Source: Spirochaetia bacterium
Lineage (GTDB): Bacteria > Spirochaetota > Spirochaetia > SZUA-6 > Bin103
Length of the DNA: 64,000 bases
Assembly (NCBI GenBank): GCA_965203055.1
Contig: OZ241863.1
Span: 2,560,001 to 2,624,000 of the forward strand
Reading direction: 5' to 3'
The number at the start of each line of letters is the position of its first letter. Position 1 is the first letter of the stretch. The notes under the pieces were generated by a model. The model did no database searches. It saw only the letters and a program-made list of their open reading frames with translations, and was not told where the DNA came from. A program made the translations under genes and the position numbers. This document shows positions 31,449-40,873 of the stretch, one piece after another.

Positions 31449-32738
31449 ATGAAGCACCGACACTTTCAAGAACTCCGGCTCGAAAACTTCCGCTGCTTTC
31501 GCGAGCAGACGGCCCGGCTGGCGCCGCTGACCCTGCTGGTCGGCGAGAACAGCACCGGCAAGACCTCGTTCCTCGCCGCAGTACGGGCCATTTGCGAAGT
31601 TGCCATTCGTTGCCGGGAACCCGACTTCCGCGAGACGCCATTTGACCTGGGGACGTTTCCCGAGATCGTTCACCGCCCCAGTGTCAGGGCGCAAATCCCT
31701 GATACCTTTCGAATCGGCATTGAGGCAGCGTCGGAGCCACATCCATTTGACTGCAGCGCAACGTTCAAGTCGGGAGATGGCTTTGCTCCCGAGATCTATA
31801 GCGGACGCGTGATCCATGGCAGTGTGTGGATCGAGTGGCAGGCACTAACCAGAGACGACGTTGACTTTACGTTTGGATCAGGCGAGTTCTCGAAACGCGG
31901 AGAATTGACTGCGATGCCCTGTGACTGGAAGTCAGTGGCCGGATGTTCGCACTTCATAATGATGGACGAAGACGACAGCAATCGGAAATGGAGTAGTGAT
32001 GACCAAAACGCCATGGGCGCTCTGATGGTGGCCGACGCGTTGTTCGATCGGCCCCCGTTTGCAAGTGCGCCGCTACGTTCCAGCCCAAGACGGACCTATG
32101 ACCCCAGCCGACCATCACCGGACCCGCAGGGAAGTTACGTTCCCACCCTGCTGTCGAGCATGCAACTCAACAACGCAGATCAGTGGATGGATCTGAAGAA
32201 GAAGATGGAGGGCTATGGGCGTACCTCGGGCCTGTTCGACGAGTTGTCAGTAAAGCCATTCGGTTCCTCCGAAGGGGCTCCGTTTCAACTTCAGATAAGA
32301 AAGTTCGGTAAGCGAGTCAAGGGAATGAAACGCAATCTGATCGACGTGGGATACGGCGTAAGCCAGGCGCTTCCCGTACTGGTGGAGTTGTTCCGACCTG
32401 ATGGCGCGTCGATGTTCCTCCTGCAGCAACCGGAAGTGCACTTGCATCCCAGCGCCCAGGCAGAACTCGGCAGCCTGTTTTGTACCGCTGCTGCGTCGGG
32501 GCGTCAACTTATCGTCGAAACTCACAGCGAGTACATCATGGATCGTGTCCGAATGGACCTCCGCGACCGAAAGACAGACTTGACACCGGATGACGTGTCC
32601 ATCTTATTCTTCGAGCGGTCCGATCTGGAGGTTCGCATCCACTCCGTGAGGTTCGATCAGCAAGGCAACGTTCTGAATGCGCCGAGTAGCTACGGGCGGT
32701 TCTTCATGGACGAAACACGCCGGTCGGTAGGTCTCTGA
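31449..32738 (+). CDS. ABC/SMC-like ATPase (AAA_21/DUF3696-type), copy 1
   Basis: LENFRCF, VGENSTGKTS, DVGYGVSQ, QQPEVHLHP and IVETHSE motifs. Confidence 0.88.
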   Translation: MKHRHFQELRLENFRCFREQTARLAPLTLLVGENSTGKTSFLAAVRAICEVAIRCREPDFRETPFDLGTFPEIVHRPSVRAQIPDTFRIGIEAASEPHPFDCSATFKSGDGFAPEIYSGRVIHGSVWIEWQALTRDDVDFTFGSGEFSKRGELTAMPCDWKSVAGCSHFIMMDEDDSNRKWSSDDQNAMGALMVADALFDRPPFASAPLRSSPRRTYDPSRPSPDPQGSYVPTLLSSMQLNNADQWMDLKKKMEGYGRTSGLFDELSVKPFGSSEGAPFQLQIRKFGKRVKGMKRNLIDVGYGVSQALPVLVELFRPDGASMFLLQQPEVHLHPSAQAELGSLFCTAAASGRQLIVETHSEYIMDRVRMDLRDRKTDLTPDDVSILFFERSDLEVRIHSVRFDQQGNVLNAPSSYGRFFMDETRRSVGL

Positions 32739-32848
32739 TGTGCGCTATCGTAGACGCCAACGTGGCACATCAGGTATTACGGACGCACATAGACAACTCC
32801 TTGCCGCACGCAATCTCTGTCGCGCACCACGGACTTGACGATGTCTGA
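32738..32848 (+). pseudogene. truncated PIN-domain partner gene remnant
   Basis: TGATG-coupled MCAIVDANVAHQV... matches the start of the intact PIN at 34259 (MCAIVDASAVFEV). It diverges after about 13 aa and stops at 36 aa. Confidence 0.7.
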
Positions 32849-32924
32849 CACCGGATCCGAACGCATGCTACCTCGCCGTTATAGGAGATCCCGGACCGCG
32901 AAGGACCGATCTGATACGAGGCTG

Positions 32925-34259
32925 ATGCAGGAGCTCAGTGTTCAGAACTTTCGCTGCTTTTGCGGACCGCAGGCCGCTCGGCTGGCGCCTCTCACCCTGC
33001 TGGTGGGTGAAAACAGTACCGGAAAGACTTCGTTTCTCGCAGCGGTGACTGCGATTCTGGAGGTGGCGAATTACGATGGAGACCCTGATTTCCGAGCCAT
33101 TCCCTACGATCTCGGATCGTTTCCTGAGATTGCTCACCGGCAGCACCCGCACGGCCGGCATGAGGGAGCAGAGTCGTTCAGCATTGGTGTCCGTTTCACC
33201 GATTCGGAGGTAGAACCAGTCGGAGTAGACGCCACGTTCGTCCTCGGTGTTGGAGCTGCTCCTATTCTCGGGTCCGTGACATGGAGCGCCGGGGACGTAT
33301 GGATTCGAGGACTGGGACGTGAGGCGGAGGCCGGCACGGAACTAGGTAGCACGAGTGGAGCCTGGCGGCTGACGGCGTCGAGCGGGGCGGCCGATCTTCG
33401 TCATCTCTACCGCGGCGATTCGTATTCGCTGGTGCGGACCCTCCGACAAGCCATGGAGAGCGGGTCACCGGGAAAACTACGGCCGCTGCAAGGAGATACT
33501 CCGGCCGTCCCTACCGGGGATGACTATCGCAAGCTAATCGGTCTATGCGTCAACAGTACAGAATTTGACGTAGCGGCTACTCACGGGGCATCGATTCGAT
33601 CCAGTCCCCGTCGCACCTACGATCCGGTACGGCTGACACCGGACTCACAGGGTTTCTCGATGCCGTCATTCCTCGCTAGTGCATATTCTCAAGATGCCGA
33701 CCGGTGGCGGCTGATGAAACGGCATCTGGAGGAATTCGGCCGCTCATCGGGTCTGTTCGACGAGATATTCGTGAACCGTCTCGGACGAGAAAAGTTCGGA
33801 CCTTTTCAGTTGGAGATACGAAAGTGGGGCAAGAAGCGCAAGGGCCTAAAACATAACCTTGTCGACGTGGGCTACGGAGTGAGCCAGGTCTTGCCGCTGT
33901 TGGTAGACCTGATGTACCCGCGCGGATCATCGCCGTTTCTCTTGCAGCAGCCGGAGATACACCTGCATCCGAGCGCCCAGGCAGAACTCGGTAGCTTGTT
34001 CTGCGCAACGGCAGCATCCGGCCGCCAGCTCATCATCGAGACCCACAGCGACTACCTCGTCGACCGCATCCTGCTCGATATTCGCGACAAACGCACCGAC
34101 CTGAAGCCGGACGACGTATCGATCCTCTATTTCGAGCGCGAAGATCTGGCGGTGACCATCCACTCGATATCCATCGATGATGAAGGCAACGTGCTTGACG
34201 CTCCCGAGGGATACCGCAAGTTCTTCAAGGATGAGCTGCAACGGGTGATCGACTACTGA
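32925..34259 (+). CDS. ABC/SMC-like ATPase (AAA_21/DUF3696-type), copy 2
   Basis: VQNFRCF, VGENSTGKTS, DVGYGVSQ, QQPEIHLHP and IIETHSD. Paralogue of 31449. The start could instead be 32865. Confidence 0.88.
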   Translation: MQELSVQNFRCFCGPQAARLAPLTLLVGENSTGKTSFLAAVTAILEVANYDGDPDFRAIPYDLGSFPEIAHRQHPHGRHEGAESFSIGVRFTDSEVEPVGVDATFVLGVGAAPILGSVTWSAGDVWIRGLGREAEAGTELGSTSGAWRLTASSGAADLRHLYRGDSYSLVRTLRQAMESGSPGKLRPLQGDTPAVPTGDDYRKLIGLCVNSTEFDVAATHGASIRSSPRRTYDPVRLTPDSQGFSMPSFLASAYSQDADRWRLMKRHLEEFGRSSGLFDEIFVNRLGREKFGPFQLEIRKWGKKRKGLKHNLVDVGYGVSQVLPLLVDLMYPRGSSPFLLQQPEIHLHPSAQAELGSLFCATAASGRQLIIETHSDYLVDRILLDIRDKRTDLKPDDVSILYFEREDLAVTIHSISIDDEGNVLDAPEGYRKFFKDELQRVIDY

Positions 34260-34732
34260 TGTGTGCCATCGTTGATGCCAGCGCGGTGTTCGAGGTGTTT
34301 GGCAGGAGGCAGACCGAGGCTGGGCGCCGATTCAGGGACTGGTTGGACAGCGGCCGCGGACAGATCGTGGTCGGCGGCAAAGTGCTGGAGGAACTGACGA
34401 AAAACGGGAACTTCAATCGCTGGTTCGTGGAGGCGCGCCGGTCGGGTGGCAGCGTACGCCAGTTGCCCGCGGAGACCATGCTGGAACAGGAAACTCAGAT
34501 CGACCGCGGCCTGATGCGTTCCAACGATCAGCACGTTGTCGCTCTTGCCCTGGTGAGTGGAGCGCGCTTGCTTTATGCCAATGACAAACTGCTGCAGCAT
34601 GACTTCACGAACCGGCAGGTGGTCTCCGGTGTGGAGGGGCGCATCTATACCTCTCGTCCGGACGGGCGGTTCACGGACCATCACCAAGCGTTGCTGCAAA
34701 CGCCGAACCTCTGCGGCGGGCAGTCCTGTTGA
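34259..34732 (+). CDS. PIN-domain protein
   Basis: IVDAS, LEEL, SNDQHVVALA and LLYANDKLL give the PIN acidic-residue pattern. Translationally coupled to the ATPase. Confidence 0.75.
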   Translation: MCAIVDASAVFEVFGRRQTEAGRRFRDWLDSGRGQIVVGGKVLEELTKNGNFNRWFVEARRSGGSVRQLPAETMLEQETQIDRGLMRSNDQHVVALALVSGARLLYANDKLLQHDFTNRQVVSGVEGRIYTSRPDGRFTDHHQALLQTPNLCGGQSC

Positions 34733-34735
34733 ACG

Positions 34736-37700
34736 ATGCCTGCTGCTGATCCGAACACCCGCGCCCATCTGGAATGGCTGGGCTACATCCAGCCGCACGG
34801 TCTGGTGGTGTCGCCGCCGGCGCTGCTCAAGGCGGGCGCGTTCGTCAACCGCCAGGATACCCACCGGCAGGCGCTGCTCGCCGGCTGCGCCGAGGAACGC
34901 GAGCTCGCTCCCGACCGGCAGCCCACCGCATACATCCGCGACTTCCGCGAGTTCGCCGCCGCGGTGCTCGGCTGGGGCTTCTCGCCCCGGGGCTACGCCG
35001 GCTTCACTGAAGAGTCTCCGATCCCTGAAGAACTCACGCTGCCGTTGCCAGACTACGGCGAGACCCTGCGCCCCGACTTCGCGGTGCGCGAACGCGACCC
35101 CGGCAACGGCGAGTCGCCGTGGCAACTGCTGGTGCAGGTGCTGGCCGCCGGGCAGGAGTTCGACCGCCCGGCGCCCGGCCCCGGCGGGCTGGACGCATCC
35201 GCCCAGGGGCGCGCGGAACGCCTGCTGCGCGCCACCGGGGTGCGCGCCGGCGTGCTGGTCAACGGCGTTGCGCTGCGCCTGATCTCCGCCCCGCACGGGG
35301 AGAGTTCCGGCTGGATCGATTTCCGCTTCGCCGACCTGCTCACCACCGCCGGGCGCCCGCTCTGCTCAGCCCTGCACCTGCTCCTGGGCGAGCAGCGGCT
35401 GCTGGCGCTGCCGCGCCATGAACGCCTCACCGCCGTGCTGGCCGACAGCCGGCTGTATCAGAACGAGGTGTCCGAGCGCCTCGCCGAGCAGGTGCTGCAC
35501 GCGCTGTACGAACTGGTGCGGGGCTTCCAGAACGCCCATGCCGCCACCGACGGCGCGCTGCTGAGCGAGCCGCTGGCCGCCGGCGGGGACCGCAACGCCA
35601 TCTACCGCGGGTTGCTGACCGTGATCCTGCGGCTGGTCTTTCTGTTGTACGCCGAGGAGCGCGGCCTGCTGCCGAAGGACGAGACCTTCGCGCGCCACTA
35701 CTTGCTGGGCGGCCTCTACCGGCGGCTGCGCAAGGACGCTGCGGCCTACCCGGACACGATGGATCAGCGCTACGGCGCCTGGGCGCAGTTGGTGGTGCTG
35801 TTCCGTCTGCTCCACGACGGAATACCGGCGGGCGGCGGCGGCGCGGTGAGTCTGCCGGAGCGCCGCGGGGCGCTGTTCGACCCGGACCGCTACCGGTTCC
35901 TGGAAGGCCGCCGCGGCGGCGGGTCGCGGCAGCGGAACGCGCGGCTGGAGCCGCCGCGGGTGTCGGACGGAGTGGTCTACCGGGTGTTGGAAAAGCTGCT
36001 GGTGCTGGACGGGGAGCGGCTCTCCTACCGGACGCTGGACGTGGAGCAGATCGGCTCGGTGTACGAGACGATCATGGGGTTTCGGCTGGAGACGGCGACC
36101 GGTCGCTCGCTGGCGGTCAAGCCGGCGAAGAAGCTGGGCGCGCCCACCACCATCGACCTGGACGCGCTGCTGGCGCAGCCTGCGGGGCGCCGCGGGCGCT
36201 GGCTGCAGGAGCGCGCGGACCGCCCCGTCAGCGCCGCGGTTGCGAAGGGGCTGCGCGCCGCGCGGACGGTGAACGACCTGCACGCGGCGCTGGACCGGGT
36301 GCTGGATCACGCCGCGACGCCGGACCTGGTGCCGCGCGGCGGGCTGGTGCTGCAGCCCAACGAGGAGCGGCGCCGTTCCGGCTCGCACTACACGCCGCGG
36401 GAGCTGACCGAGCCGATCGTGCGCCACACCCTGGCGCCGCTGCTGGAGCGGCTGCGTGCCGCGGACGGCCGCGCGCCGGCGCCGGAGCAGGTCCTCGAAC
36501 TCAAGATCTGCGATCCGGCGATGGGTTCGGGGGCGTTTCTGGTGGAGACCTGCCGCCAGCTTGCCGACGCCCTGATCGAGGCATGGGGCGCGCACGGCGC
36601 GACGCCCGACATTCCGCCGGACGAGGCCGAGGTGACCTTCGCGCGGCGGCTGGTGGCGCAGAAGTGTCTCTACGGCATCGACCGCAACCCGATGGCGGTG
36701 GACTTGGCCAAGGTGTCGCTGTGGCTGAGCACGCTGGCGCGCGACCATCCGTTCACCTTCGTGGACCACGCCTTCCGCCGCGGCGACTCGCTCCTCGGGC
36801 TGACGCGGCGGCAGCTCGAAGCGCTGCACTGGCAGGGCGGGCAGCCGATCCTGGCCGGCTTCGGGGTGGGCGAGGCGATGGAACAGGCCGCGGCGTTGCG
36901 GCGCCGCATTCGGGAAGCGGACGACACCGTGACCGACCGGCAGTTGCGGACGCTGTGGCGCGGAGCGCGGGACGTGCTGACCGAGGTGCGGCGATTCGGC
37001 GATCTGACCCTGGCAGCGTTCTTCGAGGGCTCGAAGCCGAAGGAGCGCGCGGCCCGCCGGGAGGCGTACCAGGAAGCGATTCTGACGCGGCAGGCGCGGC
37101 GTTACGCCGCGGAGTTGAAGGCGCGCCGTTACACTCAAGAAAAGCCGTTCGCGCCGTTTCACTGGGAGATCGAGTTTCCCGAGGTGTTCGAGCGCGAGAA
37201 CCCGGGCTTCGACGGTTTCGTCGGCAACCCGCCGTTCGCGGGTCACGTTATAACAGCCGAAAGCAACCTGAGTCACTATACGGACTGGCTCCGCACCCAA
37301 CATCCCGGAAGTGCCGGCAAGTGTGACGTGGTTGCCCACTTCTACCGGCGGGCCTTCGACTTGCTACGAAACGGCGGGGCACTCGGATTGATCGCTACGA
37401 ACACCATCGCTCAAGGAGATACCCGATCCAGCGGGCTGCGCTGGATCTGTGAGCATGGCGGTCATATCTACCGCGCCACCAAGCGGATCAAATGGCCTGG
37501 CGATGCCGCGGTCGTCGTCAGCGTGGTACACATAGAGAAGGGCAAGTCGTCGGGCAGAAGGATGCTCGACGGTACGCCGGTGAACCGCATCACGGCGTTC
37601 CTGTTTCATCGGGGCGGGCACGCCGACCCCGTGCGGCTAGCAGCTAATTCCGGTAAGAGCTTTGTCGGGAGCTACATACTCGGTATGGGATTCACCTTCG

Positions 37701-38683
37701 ACGACACCGACCGGAAGGGAGTCGCGTCATCGCTCGCCGACATGCAACGGCTGATCGAGGCAGACCCACGCAACGGCGAGGTGATCTACCCCTACATCGG
37801 CGGTGAAGAAGTAAACACCAGCCCGACCCACGCGCATCATCGTTACGTCATCAACCTCGGCGAGCGTAGCGAGGAGGAATGTCGCCGACGCTGGCCCGAT
37901 TTGCTAGCGATCTTGGAGGAGCGGGTAAAGCCGGCCCGTTGGTTATCCACGAAACGAAGCAAATCAGGCCACGGACATCGCGCTGCCGTGTGGTGGCAGT
38001 TCATGCACCACGCCAAGGACCTCTATTCTGCCATCGCAGGTATGGAGCGAGTGCTGGTGGTCTCCCGTGTCGGCCAACACGCGGCATTCACGTTCCTGCC
38101 GAACCAAGTAGTGTACGCAGAATCAACGATCGCTTTCCCGTTGGCGAACAAGGCTGCATTCTGTACGTTGCAGTCCCGTCCCCACGAAATCTGGGCGCGC
38201 TTCTTCGGATCGTCGATGAAGGACGACCTCCGCTACAACCCTTCCGACTGCTTCGAGACCTTCCCCTTTCCCGACGGCTGGGAATGCCATCCCGCCCTCG
38301 AAGCCGCCGGCCAAGCGTACTACGAATACCGCGCCGCGCTCATGGTGGACAACGACGAGGGCATGACTAGCACCTACAACCGCTTCCACGACTTCTACGA
38401 GACCGACCCGCGCATCGCCAAGCTCCGCGAGCTACACGCCGCCATGGACCGCGCAGTGCTCGACACCTACGGCTGGACCGATATTCCTACCGATTGCGAC
38501 CTCCTCCTCGACTACGCAATCGACGAGGCCGCCTGGGGCCGCAAGAAGAAGCCGTACCGCTGGCGCTGGCCCGACGAAGTCCGCGACGAAGTGCTCGCCC
38601 GCCTCCTCGCCCTCAACGCCGACCGCGCCGCCGCCGAAGCCCGCGCCGGTACCACAGCCGGCGTTCCGGTACCCGGTAGGTAG
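34736..38683 (+). CDS. drmMI: DISARM adenine DNA methyltransferase DrmMI (large Eco57I/type IIL-like MTase with TRD)
   Basis: GSHYTP, ICDPAMGSGAF (motif I), VGNPPF (motif IV) and a C-terminal CFETFPFP region. It lies between drmD and drmA. Confidence 0.9.
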   Translation: MPAADPNTRAHLEWLGYIQPHGLVVSPPALLKAGAFVNRQDTHRQALLAGCAEERELAPDRQPTAYIRDFREFAAAVLGWGFSPRGYAGFTEESPIPEELTLPLPDYGETLRPDFAVRERDPGNGESPWQLLVQVLAAGQEFDRPAPGPGGLDASAQGRAERLLRATGVRAGVLVNGVALRLISAPHGESSGWIDFRFADLLTTAGRPLCSALHLLLGEQRLLALPRHERLTAVLADSRLYQNEVSERLAEQVLHALYELVRGFQNAHAATDGALLSEPLAAGGDRNAIYRGLLTVILRLVFLLYAEERGLLPKDETFARHYLLGGLYRRLRKDAAAYPDTMDQRYGAWAQLVVLFRLLHDGIPAGGGGAVSLPERRGALFDPDRYRFLEGRRGGGSRQRNARLEPPRVSDGVVYRVLEKLLVLDGERLSYRTLDVEQIGSVYETIMGFRLETATGRSLAVKPAKKLGAPTTIDLDALLAQPAGRRGRWLQERADRPVSAAVAKGLRAARTVNDLHAALDRVLDHAATPDLVPRGGLVLQPNEERRRSGSHYTPRELTEPIVRHTLAPLLERLRAADGRAPAPEQVLELKICDPAMGSGAFLVETCRQLADALIEAWGAHGATPDIPPDEAEVTFARRLVAQKCLYGIDRNPMAVDLAKVSLWLSTLARDHPFTFVDHAFRRGDSLLGLTRRQLEALHWQGGQPILAGFGVGEAMEQAAALRRRIREADDTVTDRQLRTLWRGARDVLTEVRRFGDLTLAAFFEGSKPKERAARREAYQEAILTRQARRYAAELKARRYTQEKPFAPFHWEIEFPEVFERENPGFDGFVGNPPFAGHVITAESNLSHYTDWLRTQHPGSAGKCDVVAHFYRRAFDLLRNGGALGLIATNTIAQGDTRSSGLRWICEHGGHIYRATKRIKWPGDAAVVVSVVHIEKGKSSGRRMLDGTPVNRITAFLFHRGGHADPVRLAANSGKSFVGSYILGMGFTFDDTDRKGVASSLADMQRLIEADPRNGEVIYPYIGGEEVNTSPTHAHHRYVINLGERSEEECRRRWPDLLAILEERVKPARWLSTKRSKSGHGHRAAVWWQFMHHAKDLYSAIAGMERVLVVSRVGQHAAFTFLPNQVVYAESTIAFPLANKAAFCTLQSRPHEIWARFFGSSMKDDLRYNPSDCFETFPFPDGWECHPALEAAGQAYYEYRAALMVDNDEGMTSTYNRFHDFYETDPRIAKLRELHAAMDRAVLDTYGWTDIPTDCDLLLDYAIDEAAWGRKKKPYRWRWPDEVRDEVLARLLALNADRAAAEARAGTTAGVPVPGR

Positions 38684-38733
38684 ATCAGACCTGTTGACGG
38701 CGGCAACGTGTTCGGCTAATCTCTGAGACAGTC

Positions 38734-39156
38734 ATGGAGCGGCAACTCAAACACCTCGAGTTCGTCCAGGGCGTAGTAAGCCGTCTGGCCGCCAACTCGT
38801 TCCGCATAAAGGGATGGAGCGTGGTACTGGTCTCCGCTCTGTTCGTCCTGGCAGCACGAGAGGGCCGGATCGCGTTCTCCTTCATCGCCCTGGTCCCTCT
38901 CGCCTTCCTCTGGTGGCTGGACGGCTACTTCCTCTGGCAGGAGCGTCTGTTCCGAGCGCTGTATGACCACGTGCGAAGTCTGGACGAATCCAAGATAGAC
39001 TTTTCGATGAACGTTGCTCCGTTCATGGGCAATCGTCCTCGAACATGGCGGAGCGCGATATTCTCGAAGACATTGGTCATATTCTATGTCGCGTTGAGTA
39101 CCACCGTCTTCCTTGCCGTCGCGATATACCTGATCTTCAATGGAGGGCCGTCGTGA
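38734..39156 (+). CDS. small multi-pass membrane protein paired with a TIR gene
   Basis: KHLEFVQGVVSRLAANSFRIKGW followed by about 3 hydrophobic segments. The stop overlaps the TIR start (GTGA). Confidence 0.8.
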   Translation: MERQLKHLEFVQGVVSRLAANSFRIKGWSVVLVSALFVLAAREGRIAFSFIALVPLAFLWWLDGYFLWQERLFRALYDHVRSLDESKIDFSMNVAPFMGNRPRTWRSAIFSKTLVIFYVALSTTVFLAVAIYLIFNGGPS

Positions 39157-39650
39157 AACGCAGAGTGTTCTTCAGCTTCCACTACGAACCTGACGCATGG
39201 CGGGTATCGCAGATTCGCAGCATCGGGGCACTTGAAAGAAATAGGCCGGTTACCGACAACGACTGGGAGCAAATAAAGCGAGGCGGCGCTGACGCGATCA
39301 AACGATGGATCGCGGGGCAGATGAAGTACCGTTCCTGTACGGTCGTGCTGGTAGGATCGAACACCGCCAACCGAAAGTGGATCAACTATGAGATCGTCAA
39401 GTCATGGAATGACGGTATGGGAGTCGTGGGGATACATATTCACGGATTGGAAGACCAGAACGGTAGCACGTCATCCAAAGGAAAAAATCCATTCGATTTC
39501 ATTTCTGACGGAAATGGCGTATTGCTTTCTTCGATAGTAAAATGTTATAATCCAAGCGGCTTCAATGGCACGCAGCGCTACGCCTGGATTTCCCAAGACC
39601 TTGCAAATGCCGTAGATGAAGCTATTTGTATCAGAAACAATTATCACTGA
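39153..39650 (+). CDS. Thoeris ThsB-like TIR-domain protein (MTH538/DUF1863-like)
   Basis: KRRVFFSFHY..DAWR, SCTVVLVG, RKWINYEI (catalytic Glu) and GKNPF. Confidence 0.88.
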   Translation: MKRRVFFSFHYEPDAWRVSQIRSIGALERNRPVTDNDWEQIKRGGADAIKRWIAGQMKYRSCTVVLVGSNTANRKWINYEIVKSWNDGMGVVGIHIHGLEDQNGSTSSKGKNPFDFISDGNGVLLSSIVKCYNPSGFNGTQRYAWISQDLANAVDEAICIRNNYH

Positions 39651-39682
39651 TACCAACAACTCAACGCTACACGAATCGTCTG

Positions 39683-40870
39683 ATGATCACTCGGGTACGC
39701 CTGCGAAACTACAGGAGCATCGCCGCCTGCTCCGTCGCACTGAAGCCGCTGACGATTCTGGTCGGTCCGAACGGCGCCGGCAAGAGCAACTTCCTTGACG
39801 GGTTGCGCTTCATGGCGGAATCGCTCCGGTACTCTCTGGAGCATGCGCTGCGCGATCGTGGCGGAATCGACGAAGTGCGGCGGCGATCGGATGACCGTGC
39901 GGACAGCTTCGCGATTCGCATCGACGTGCGACTTGCGGACGCGGCGGGCTGGTACGGGTTCGAGATCGGCGCAACCGGGAAGGGAGGTTACGTCGTGCGG
40001 CGCGAGGAATGCGTCGTCAGATCGGCCCACCCGGAACGATGCGGCTTCTTTCGGGTCCGTCACGGCGAGACCGTCGTCAGCTCCATTCGCCATCCACCGC
40101 CGAACCCCGGAAGGGACCGCCTCTACTTGTTGCGGGCGTCTGCGTACCCCCCGTTCCGACCCGTGTACGACGCCCTGGCCGCCATGGGATTCTACCACCT
40201 GGACCCGGAGCGCATCCGCGACCTCCAGGCACGGGACTCCGGCGACCTCCTGGAGCGGTCCGGGGAGAACATTGCGAGCGTCCTCGACCGGCTTCGGTCG
40301 CACTCGCCGGCCAACGCGGCGCGCATCGACGAGTATCTGTCGGCAATCGTTCCGGGCGTGGTAGGTGTGGAGCCGCTGTCGGTCGGTCCGCGGTTGACCC
40401 TGGAGTTTCAGGAGCAGCCGCCGGGGAAAGCTCCTCGGCGCTTCCTCGCCGGCGCCATGTCGGATGGAACGCTGCACGTGTTGGGCCTGCTGGTGGCGCT
40501 GTTTCAACATGCGGATGGCGCCTCGGAGCGTCCCGGACTGGTGGGAATCGAAGAACCGGAGACCGCGCTGCACCCCGCCGCCGCAGGGGCGCTGACCGAC
40601 GTGCTGCAGGAAACGAGCGAGCGCGTGCAGGTGATCGTCACCAGCCACAGCGCGGATTTGCTGGACCGGGACGCGATCTCGGAAGATTCCATCGTGGCCG
40701 TGGACGCGGAACAAGGCGAGACCCGAATCGCGCGGCTCGACGAGACCGGCCGTACCACCTGCCGTGACGGCCTGTTCACCGCCGGCGAGTTGCTCCGTAT
40801 GGACCAACTGAGCCCGGACCCGGATGCCGCGGCGTCCGTGGACCTGGACCTCTTTCGCGACGAGGAATGA
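39683..40870 (+). CDS. ABC/SMC-like ATPase (AAA_21)
   Basis: LRNYRS, VGPNGAGKSN, MSDGT, IEEPETALHP and VTSHS motifs. Confidence 0.9.
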   Translation: MITRVRLRNYRSIAACSVALKPLTILVGPNGAGKSNFLDGLRFMAESLRYSLEHALRDRGGIDEVRRRSDDRADSFAIRIDVRLADAAGWYGFEIGATGKGGYVVRREECVVRSAHPERCGFFRVRHGETVVSSIRHPPPNPGRDRLYLLRASAYPPFRPVYDALAAMGFYHLDPERIRDLQARDSGDLLERSGENIASVLDRLRSHSPANAARIDEYLSAIVPGVVGVEPLSVGPRLTLEFQEQPPGKAPRRFLAGAMSDGTLHVLGLLVALFQHADGASERPGLVGIEEPETALHPAAAGALTDVLQETSERVQVIVTSHSADLLDRDAISEDSIVAVDAEQGETRIARLDETGRTTCRDGLFTAGELLRMDQLSPDPDAAASVDLDLFRDEE

Positions 40871-40873
40871 TCC

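Noticed and set aside
38734..39650. Canonical Thoeris, CBASS or Pycsar call
   Set aside because: No ThsA (SIR2/SLOG/Macro), CD-NTase or PycC cyclase is recognisable nearby.
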